The notes under the pieces are model-generated. The model did not search any database. It was not told the DNA's origin and saw nothing but the letters and a program-made list of their open reading frames with translations. A DNA stretch of 61,140 nucleotides, the filler included, from Squatina squatina (Eukaryota), in NCBI GenBank assembly GCA_031763465.1. It is 4 parts of 4 records of this genome, joined end to end, with 100 filler letters (N's around TTAATTAATTAA, not from the genome) between each part and the next. Parts side by side here need not be neighbours in the genome. Positions count along the whole stretch, not along the records: positions 49,558 to 61,140 come from JARFOE010146387.1; 3 more parts are not named here. One strand, 5' to 3'. Both the position numbers and the translations under genes were made by a program. The first letter of the stretch is position 1. Each line of letters opens with the position of its first letter. Positions 51,778-61,140 of the stretch are shown one piece after another.

Positions 51778-52398
51778 ACCAGGTGTTGTATTACTGCACC
51801 GCGGCCAGTGGAGGGAGCAGGTGGTGTAATACTACACTGCGGCCAGTGGAGGGAGCAGCAGTACCAGGCGGTGCAAAACAGCACCACGCGGCCAGTGGAG
51901 GGAGCAGGTGGTGTAATACTGCACCACGGCCAGTGGAGGGAACAGCAGTACCAGGTGATGCAATACTCTACAGCGGGCAGTGGATGGAGTAGCAGTACCA
52001 GGTGGTGTAATACTGCACCACGTGGCCAGTGGAGGGAGCAGCTGGTGTAATACTGCACCACGGCCAGTGTAAGCAGCAGCAGTACCAGGCGGTGTAATAC
52101 AGCGGCCAGTGGAGGGAGCAGCAATACCAGGTGTGGTAATACTGCACCGCAGCCAGTGGAGGAATCTGCAGTACCAGGTGATGCAATACTCTACAGCGGG
52201 CAGTGGAGGGAGCAGCAGTACCAGGTGGTGTAATACTGCACCACGCGGTCAGTGGAGGGAGCAGTTGGTGTAATACTGCACCACGGCCAGTGGAGGGAGC
52301 AGCAGTACCAGCTGGTGTAATACTGCACCGCGGCCACTGGAGGGAGCAGCAGTACCAGGTGGTGTAATACTACAGCGGCCAGTGGAGGGAGCAGGAGT
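51778..52398. repeat. 47/38-bp GC-rich minisatellite, ~14 units
   Basis: CAGTACCAGGTGGTGTAATACTGCACCGCGGCCAGTGGAGGGAGCAG, plus variants lacking 9 bp. Confidence 0.9.
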
Positions 52399-53347
52399 GG
52401 GAAACACTCGCCATCATGCAGAACACACAGACCCAGATATGGGTGCGGTGGAAAGGGATTTTACCCCCACATGCTGGAATTTCAAATCGACAACTTCGGC
52501 ATTTCAATCTAGAACATTGGCATCTGTGATATGAAATTACAGAAAAATAAAATTTAGCAGCTTAAGCAAAATGCCGGTGTAAGTTGTGTTGTCAGAGAAC
52601 AAGTGAACTTTTTAGGCCAATAACTGGAGAAATATCAACACTTAGAATGGATTCCAGGCAGAACAATGATGGTGAAAGCCCTGGAATGATTTAGCAAACA
52701 ATTAGAATGGTTTAGCAAACCATTGGATTGAGCAATGGTTAGAAAACTACAGTTTTTCTGGAGTGCTGATTTGAATCGGCTGAATGGATTTCCTCAAGGG
52801 TAAGGATCTTGTGAAAAAGGTGTCCTCCACAGTCTTTATCATTATTTACCTTAATAACTGTCTGCAAACTCAATAAGACTGGGACTACAATCATCCTGCC
52901 CAGTATTTATTCATTAATCAACATATATCAATCATCCTGAACACGATTTATCCCTCAATCAACAAATCAAAATAACATATTATCTGGTCATTTTCACAGC
53001 GCTGTTTGTGGGAGCTTGCTTTGTGCACTTTTAGCTGCCGTGTTTCCTACATTATAAAAGTGGCGTAAAAAATTAGTTCATTGGATACAAAGTGCTTTGT
53101 GACATCTGGTCATCGAGATAAGCGTGATATAAAGGCAGTCGTTGTTTCATTTATCTGAGTCAGTGAGATAGAAGTTCAGAGCGGGTTGAAGACAGAATTC
53201 AAATTCCTGCAAAACCCGTTCACGGAAATTGTTGGTTGTCATCGTGCCTTGAATCCGGAATATTTGCACTCGTAACATCACAAAGTGCTCGGGATTCAGG
53301 AGCATTGATGTGGGAACCGGTTTTCCTTCTTTCCAACAGTTTCAGCA

Positions 53348-53432
53348 GTGGTTCCAGGATTTGAACGCAGGACCTCTCGCACATCCAGACAATGAACCCA
53401 AAGCTAGAATCATACCCCTAGACCAATGAACC
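53348..53432 (-). pseudogene. tRNA-Pro(TGG)-derived gene with a 15-nt intron at position 37/38; probably a pseudogene
   Basis: GGTTCATTGGTCTAGGGGTATGATTCTAGCTTTGGG[ttcattgtctggatg]TGCGAGAGGTCCTGCGTTCAAATCCTGGA matches vertebrate tRNA-Pro. A and B boxes are intact, but the 3' acceptor strand is damaged and there are stem mismatches. Confidence 0.85.
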
Positions 53433-55149
53433 AGCTGATGAAAGCAACTAAACTCACGAGGTATACATAAGCAAACCATGTGTTGTCCATTCTTGGAAAC
53501 CAGAGCACTTTTGACCGAGACTGCTCTGACATTGCCTTCTCTACCTGCTGCACATTTCAACTCAGAGACATAATGAGCTGTTAGGACGGTAATGTATCGA
53601 GACAGCAGGTGCCCATCCCGAGTGCAGCAGCAGAGTTTCTGCATTAGTTTGGTGCGAGGCCTCAGATTTGACCAATGTATCAGCAAAAGCAGTGAGAAGA
53701 CATGGAGGCAGCAAGTGATGCAACAACCGCCCCGGAAGTGATCATTGCATTCTGTGACTGTGGCCAGTTTTATTTGGACAGGAAGATTACTGTCAGTTCA
53801 CAGCCCTACCCGCCTCTTTCCTCGGCCATCATATTGTTCCCCACATCATCACATTAGGGGACGGTCCGTGCAGATTCACTCATATCCCACCTGGTTTCGC
53901 TGAGGCTCCGGCTGTCACTGATCACCAACTAATACAATCTGTAATTTAATTCCTGTAAAACTCCCTCACAAAGTGCAGGAGCAGATGGGGAAGCTGTGAC
54001 CTCTGTTCAAATACATGCCCAATAATGGAGGATTGTCCTCCTCCAAAGATCAAAGCAGTTCCTAGGTAGACACCGACCGCACCTAATCAGACCAAGGAGC
54101 TTAGTCAGACCAAGGCAGGATGAACATTGACACAGACAGTGTCTACACAGACTCAGACAGTTCCTAACAGACCAGAGAGCTGCGAGACAGACCAATAAAG
54201 CTCCTACACAGCCCCAGACAATTCCTACACCTGCTCATGATGTTAGGAGATAGACACAGACACATAACGGTCCTACGCAGAGCTAGACAGCTAGTACACA
54301 GATCCAGGCACTCATGTGCAGTCTGAGAAACCTCCATCACAGTCCCAAAAGCTTGCCCATGGACTCAGACAGCTACTTTCACAGACGTAGCAACACTGAC
54401 ACGCGAATAAACATGTCCTGATCAACCCAAATGCACGCAAACATATTTCTAGACAGCTCCACCCAGACACAGACACAGGCAGCTCCAACATTGAACCAGA
54501 TAGCTCCAACACGGAACCAGACAGTTCCTAAACTGAACCAGACAGATGCTCCATGGAACCAGACTGCTCTCAGACAGAACCAGAGATCGCCTGCACTGAA
54601 GCAGGGCGAACCGCCACCAGCACAGACTTCCCAACACAAGCACAGACATCTTCTTTTGCAGACACAGGAAACGCCTACACAGATGTATTCAGTACAGCAC
54701 AGACCTATGCAGCTGATACCCTGACCCAGACAGCAGCTATAAAGTCCAAGAGCTCCTCACAGATGTAGACATTTCCTGTACGGACGCAGAGAGCTGAGTT
54801 TTCAGACCAGGACAGCTACTACCCTGTCGCAGGTAACACCTATACATATCAAGAGCTTCCGCCCAGGCATTTTCAGTGTTGATATTTCTCCAGTCATCAG
54901 CCTAAAAAGTTCACTTTTACATTTGGGCCTGTTCCACCTTGTTCGTTCTCTGACAATGTAACTTAAACTGGTATTTTGCTTAAGCTAGTAAATGTTATTT
55001 TTCTGTAATTGCATATCACAGTTATGCCATTGTTCTAGAGTGAATTTTCCAAGTTGTCGACTTTAATTTCCAGCATGTAGCGGTAAAAACCCTTTCCACC
55101 ACACCCATATCTGGGTCTGTGTGTTCTGCAGGATCGGCGAGTGTTTCCC

Positions 55150-55335
55150 ACTCCTGCTCCCTTCTCTGACCGCTGTAGAGTATTGCACCACCTGGTACTG
55201 CTGCTCCCTCCATTGGCCGCGGTGCAGTATTACACCACCTGGTACTGCTGCTCCCTCCATTGGCCGTGGTACAGTATTACACCACCTGCTCCCTCCACTG
55301 GCCGTGGTACAGTATTACACCACCTGCTCCTTCAG
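55150..55335. repeat. Reverse-oriented copy of the 47/38-bp minisatellite, ~4 units
   Basis: CTGCTGCTCCCTCCATTGGCCGCGGTGCAGTATTACACCACCTGGTA. Confidence 0.88.
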
Positions 55336-56309
55336 CTGGCTGCCACGCAGTTGAACCTGGCACAACTTCGAACTCTGCTTCGAACTCTGGATATGTGAGT
55401 TGCTTCGTGAGGAAAGCAGCTCCCAGGAAATTGAGTCCCTGTGTACAAGAAAGGAGGGAGAGAGAAAGCAGTGAAATGCAGGCCAGTTAACTTCATGACG
55501 GTCATTGCGAAAATGCTGGATTCCATCATTAAGGATGTGATAACGGGGTTCTCAGAAAATCATATTATCATTAGGCTGAAGAAACATGGTTTCTTGAGAG
55601 GGAAATCAATTTTAGTAAATTTTTTTAGAGTCTTTTTGAGAATGTACCCAGCATTGCGCATAAATGGACAGTGAGAGTGGTAATTTTGGATTTCAAAAGG
55701 CATTTGATAAGGTGCCACATAAATGGTTGCCACGCTCATCGGTTTGGGATAAAATATTAGCATGGATAGAGGATTGCTTGACGGATAGAAAACAGAGAGT
55801 ACGGATAAACGGGTAATTATCTCGTTCGCAGGCTGTAACATTTGGGGTTCTGCGAGGATTGGTGCTTGGGCATCAGCTATTTACAATATAAGTTAATGAT
55901 TTAGATGAAGAAATCGAATGCTTTGTATCCAAGTTTGCTGAAGATGCAAAGCAAGGTGTCGAAAATATGATGTTTCTTAAATATTTGGATTTATTTTTAA
56001 ATTTCGGATCACTTTTGTTGCGACTAGTTTAGAAGAACATCCACAACAAATTAACTCTCAGATAATGCATGGTATCCGGCTTGGTTTCAGTATCCACAGA
56101 CCTGGTCTCTGGGTTTAGAATATCGGACAGTTTCTGGATTGCAATGTTAGAGCTTCAGGTCGATGACATTTCTTCACCACTCCTTCATCAGAAATCTTTC
56201 CACAAATGCTGCATGACCAGCTGTGTGTACCGAACATTTTCTGATTTCTTTGCAGCTTTTTATGATTCTTAGCATGGTACTTTTGAAATTAAGAAGTGCT
56301 TCAAGTTTA

Positions 56310-56830
56310 AGTCATTGGAGATTCGATAGTCACTGGGATAGTCCGGCGTTTGTGCAATGGCACACGTGAGTGATGCTTGGTGTGTTGCCTCCGATATGCC
56401 AGGTTAAAGAACATCACCGAGTGGGTGCAGAAAGGTTTGAGTGGAGAAGGGGAATAGCCGAAGCTGTGGTCGATGTGCAGAACCAGTGATAGGTAAGCAA
56501 AGGGATGAGTTCCTTCAGTCAGAGTTTCAGGAACAGTTAAGGAAAGGAAAGAGCAGCACCAATGGTGTAATCTTTGGATTATTCCCTGTGTTAGTGACGA
56601 TAGGAGCAGTCAGATGAAGCAGATCAGCACGTGGCTGGATGGACAGTGCAGGAGGATGAACTTCAGAATCCTGGGGCATTGGGATCAGGTTCTGCGCAGG
56701 ACAGACCTGTTACAGTTGGACGTGCTGCACCTCAACAGAGTTTGTAACAATGTTCTTTTGGGAAGGTTAACTGGTGCTGCGGGGAGAGCTAAATCTAATT
56801 TGGCAGTGGGTTGTGCACGGGGATGACACA
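56310..56830 (+). mobile_element. CR1 ORF1 SGNH-esterase relic (second copy)
   Basis: VIGDSIV...VCCL..AR.K.ITE.VQ...GEGE...WLDGQCRRMNFRILGHWDQVLRRTDLLQLDVLHLNR. Confidence 0.8.
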
Positions 56831-57917
56831 GCTGTAGATGTTGAAATTATGCCCTCTGTGCCCAATTCCAGGTCATAATTATACATCAAATATAACAGTG
56901 AATGTGGCCTCAGACAGCGCATTACAGCCCATCCATAGGAAATGATATGCCACAGACCGACAAACCTTCACATACAAGTACAGGAAAAACAGGCACAGCA
57001 GCATTTGCCGAGGAACCTGAGTGAGTAAACCTATCTTTGAATTGCGGTACTTCAAATATATTTGGATGTCTGTGCATTAGTAACAATTGTAGTTGTGGGT
57101 TGTTGTGTTGCATATAAATACGATTTGTCTATCTGTGTTAGTGTTTATATATTTGAATGTAACAGTTTTATTTTTAATTGTAATATGGCGCATCCGTATT
57201 CGTTATCAATCTCTTTCATGTATATCTTTGGATATATGTTAATTGCAAACTCGTAAATAAATATTATTACATTTATAACATAGAGGGACACAGGTTCATA
57301 AGTAAAGAAAGGATTCAAAATTACACATTGATAATAACACAGAGAGGAGCACAAATAATTTGATAACTAAAGCAGCTACACACAATTTCATTTACAACCG
57401 ACAGAAAGATACACAAATGTACTTCGAAATATCACGCACATATATCCAAATTCATTAGACTGAAAAACAGAGACACACAGCTATAAAGCAGGGCTATGGA
57501 AAAAAAAACAGTGGCGTCTGAATAATTGATAGCTTATTGCAGAGAGCCAACACAGGCACGATGGGATGAATGGACTCATTCTGTGCTGAATGATTCCATG
57601 ATTTTTTGTGTTCTTGCTGATAAGACAAGTGAGCTTTGTTGGCAGCTGTGTTACTTGTTGCTCAATAACTTCTCCCTGCCTTTAACTCTGGCGCTGGTTC
57701 CTCTTTAAAGAAATCACGTTGGAAAATGAATGTACATTACTGTGTGAGTGGAACAGTGGAGCACTTAAGGATGGTGTGTTTCTTAATTGCTGATTCCCCA
57801 CTAGCCCCTCACTCTGTATTCACCTAAATGCTTTACATCTGCTCTGACTGCGGTACTTGGCAGCTCAACCCACCTCTTTGAACTGGAGTTCAGAAAACTG
57901 GAAGTTGAAATACTTTC

Positions 57918-58230
57918 ACAAAAGCAAAATACTGCGGATGCTGGAATCTGAAATACATCAGAAAATGATGGAAACACTCAGCAGGTCAGGCGGCATCTGT
58001 GCAGAGTCAAACAGAGTGAATGTTTCAGGTCGATGGCCCTTCGTCAGAAGTGAAAAAACTTAGAAATGTAGCAGGTTTTTGATCAGGTGCTGAGGCAGGG
58101 AAAGGGCGGGGGATGAAAAAACAAAAGGAAAGGTCTGTGATAGGGTGGAAAGCACCAGAGATTAAGAGGTCGTGCAAGGCACAAGGAGGTGGCAATGGGC
58201 ACACTGAGAAATAAAAGGTAAATCTAGAAA
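57918..58230. mobile_element. Penelope-like retroelement terminal fragment
   Basis: AAAATACTGCGGATGCTGGAATCTGAAAT...GGAAACACTCAGCAGGTCAGGCGGCATCTGTG...GTTTCAGGTCGATGGCCCTTCGTCAGAA resembles a common elasmobranch repeat end. Confidence 0.5.
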
Positions 58231-60080
58231 TGGGTCTATTTACAATCTTTGTGTTACAGCTCCCTGCATCAGGGCTGCAGTTAGCTGGATCTCTGTAGAA
58301 GTTGTCTGTGACTTTGCCGGAGTAATCCTTTTCTGCAGAGGATCACCTGGGTCTTTGTAGAAGTGTCTCGGTCTGTGCTGGAGCTCCAGGAATCAGTGAG
58401 AGAGCTGACTGCCTCTGTGATGGAGCATTTGATTCATTGCTGCTGCTGTCTTGCTCTGTGAACTGAGCTGTCTAGTTTCCCCGAAAGGAGATCTCTGGGT
58501 CTGTTTAGATGTATTCAGGGCCTTTTTGGAACTGCCTGCGCCAGTACAGGAACTGTCAATGTCTGTGTGGAAGACCTTGGTCCGTATAGGTGTTGCCTGG
58601 GTCAGGGTAGGACCTGTCTGGGTCTGTGAACTGAGCTCTCTGGGTCCGTATCGGAACTGTCTACATCTAGGAGGAGCTCTTGGACTTTATAGCTGCTGTC
58701 TGGGTCAGGGTATCAGCTGCATGGCTCTGTGCTGTGCCAAATACATCTGTGTAGGCGTTTCTTGTGTCTGCGAAAGGAGATGTCTGTGCCTGTGTTATGA
58801 AATCTGTGCCAGTTCTGTTTCACCCTGCTTCTCTGTAGGCGATCTCTGGTTCCATGTGAGAACTGTCTGGTTCAATGGAGCATCTGTCTCGTTACATGTA
58901 TGAGCTGTCTGATTACGTGTATGAGCTGTCTGGTTACGTGTATGAGCTGTCTGGTTACGTGAAAGAGCTGTCTGTTTCCTTGTAGCTGCTGTCTGGTTCA
59001 GTGTATGAGCTGTCTGGTTCCGTGTTGGAGCTGTCTGTGTCTGTGTGGAGCTGTCTGGAAATGTGCTTGGATATACTTGGGCTGATGAGGGCATATTTGT
59101 TCCCGTGTCAGTGGTGCTGCGTCTGTGAAAGTCGCTGTCTGGGTCTGTGTTGGATCAGTCTGAGTCTGTGTAGGAACGGTTTGTGTCTGTGTAGCATCTG
59201 GCTGGGTCTGTGAAGGAACAATCTGGGTCTGTGTAGGGAATTTCTGGGTCTGAGTAGCCGCAGTCTTTGTGTGTTTCTATTTCGTAACTGTCTGGGCCTG
59301 TGTAGGAATTGTCTGGGGCTGTGTAGGCGCTGTATTGGTCTGTCTCACAGCTCTCTGGTCTTTTCGGTACTGACTGAGTCTGTGCGACACTGTCTGTGTC
59401 AATGTCGGCCCTGTCTTCGTCTGACTACGCTCCTTGTTCTGATTAGGTGCTGTCGATGTATACCCAGGAAATGCTTTGATCTTTGGAGGAGAAATCTCCA
59501 TTATTGGGCATTGATTTGCTCAGAGGTCAGAGCTTTACCAGCCGCAGCTGTGCTGTGCCAGGGAGTTTTACAGGAATAAATTTACAGATTGTATTATTTG
59601 GTGATCAGGGACAGCCGGAGTCTCAGTCAAACTGGGTGAGATAGGAGTGAATCTGCGCGGACACGGCCCACAATGTGATGCTGTGGGGGAAAACATGATG
59701 GCCGAGAATAGAGGCGGGTAGGGCTGTGAACTGACATTAATCTTCCTGCCGAAATAAAACTGGCCATAGTCACAGAATCGAGTGGTTACTTCCGGGGTGG
59801 TTGTTGCATCACTTTCTGCCTCCATGTCTTCTCACTGCCTTTGGTGATATATCGCTCAAATCTGAGGCCTCGCACCAAACTAATGCAAAAACTCTGCTGC
59901 TGCACTTGGGATGGGAACCTGCTGCCTCGATACATTACCGTCCGAACAGCTCATTATCTGCCTGAGTTGAACAGTGTGGCAGGTAGTGAAGGCAATGTCA
60001 GAGCACTCTCGGTCTCAAGTGCTCTAGTGATCAAGAATGGCCACTATATGGTTAGGTTATGCATACTGCATGAGCTTACT

Positions 60081-60168
60081 TGCTACTTGGTATAGGGGTA
60101 GGATCCTTGCTTTATGTTTCATTGTCAGATTATGCACGCGGTCTCAGATTCAAATCCCAGACAAGAAC
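60081..60168 (+). pseudogene. More degenerate copy of the intron-containing tRNA-Pro
   Basis: TGCTACTTGGTATAGGGGTAGGATCCTTGCTTTATG[tttcattgtcagatta]TGCACGCGGTCTCAGATTCAAATCCCAGACAAGAAC followed by a T-run; the anticodon is mutated. Confidence 0.75.
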
Positions 60169-61140
60169 TTCTTTTTTTTCCCCCTTAAAAAGAAGGAAAA
60201 CATGTTCCCAAATCAATGAGCCTGAATCTGGAGTGCTCTGTGAAGTTCACCTGTCCAAGTATTCCAGATTCAAGGCACCACAACGACCTACAATTTCTGT
60301 GAACGGGTTGTGCAGGAGTTTGAATTCCTTCTTCAACCCGCTCTGAGCTTTCATCTCACTGAATCAGATAAAAGAAACAAGGACTGCATTTATATTGTGC
60401 TTATCTTGATGACCAGATGTCATAAAGCGCTTTGTTGCCAATGAGCTAATTTTGTGCATGACTTTTATAATGAAGGAAATGCGGCAGCCAAAAATGCACA
60501 CAACAAACTCCCACAAACAGTGAAAATGGCCAGATAATGTATTATTCTGATTTGTTGATTGAGGGATAAATCATGTTCAGGATGATTGATGTGTGTTGAT
60601 TAATGACTAAATACTGGGCAGGATGATTGAAGTCCCAGTCTTATTCAGTTTGCAGACAGTTATTAAGGTAAATAATGATAAAGACTGTGGTGGACACCTT
60701 TTTCACAAGATCCTTACCCTTGAGGAAAGCCATTTAGCCTATTCAAATCAGCCCTCCAGAAAAACCGTAGTTTTCTAACCATTGCACAATCCAATTGTTT
60801 GCTAATTCATTCTAATTGTTTACTAAATAATTCCAGGGCTTTCACCAGCATCGTTCAGCTGGGAATCCATTTTCTGTCTTGGTATTCAGTTATTAGACCT
60901 AAAACGTTCACCTTTACATTTGGGCCTGTTTCACCTCGCTCATTCTCTGGCAATGTAAGTTCAACTGGCATTTTGCTTAAGCTACTAAATGTTATTTTTC
61001 TGTAATACCGTATCACAGATGCCACTGTTCTGGATTGAAATATCCAAGTTGTCGATTTTAAACTCCAGCATGTAGGTTTAAAATCCCTTTCCACCGCACC
61101 CATATCTGGGTCTGTGTGTTCTGCAGGATCGGCGAGTGTT

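Larger units (their letters stand above)
49830..61140. repeat. ~6.0-kb macrosatellite / segmental repeat: one partial forward copy (~49830-54860) and reverse-oriented copies (~54860-61140)
   Basis: 49830-52660 is the diverged reverse complement of ~54860-57290, and 52400-54860 is that of ~58565-61140. CTGCAGGATCGGCGAGTGTT occurs at 55126-55145 and 61121-61140 (period 5995 bp). Confidence 0.92.

Noticed and set aside
51690-52186. Cys/Trp/His-rich and Gln-rich ORFs
   Set aside because: Translations of a 47/38-bp minisatellite whose period is not a multiple of three.
54312-54768. Thr/Gln-rich ORFs (also 58451-59579) as a second mucin
   Set aside because: The frames are short and not conserved between macrosatellite copies; this is a degenerate simple repeat.

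Overview
This window is eukaryotic vertebrate DNA, most likely cartilaginous fish (shark-type CR1/L2 LINEs, DeuSINE-like SINEs, Harbinger relics). It is not one locus. Three artificial 100-nt spacers (44 N + TTAATTAATTAA + 44 N) join four unrelated segments: A 1-12523, B 12624-33184, C 33285-49457 and D 49558-61140. B and C are also broken by many ~100-N scaffold gaps. Segment A (minus strand) holds the best candidate for something new: three spliced exons of a transcobalamin/haptocorrin/intrinsic-factor alpha domain. They keep the structural cysteines but have altered B12-contact motifs, and can splice in phase to a ~1000-aa Thr-rich mucin exon built from 8-aa repeats. Segment B has one GALK2 exon, a 231-bp enterobacterial yecA fragment (probably contamination or a chimera), Harbinger and CR1 relics and a 63-bp minisatellite. 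Segment C has the 3' exons of ANOS1 (anosmin-1), one of them fused mid-exon to a Harbinger transposase fragment, plus a teleost-looking V-SINE. Segment D is a ~6.0-kb macrosatellite with an inversion at ~54860; each unit carries a degenerate intron-containing tRNA-Pro. All homology calls come from motif recognition by eye; no database search was run.
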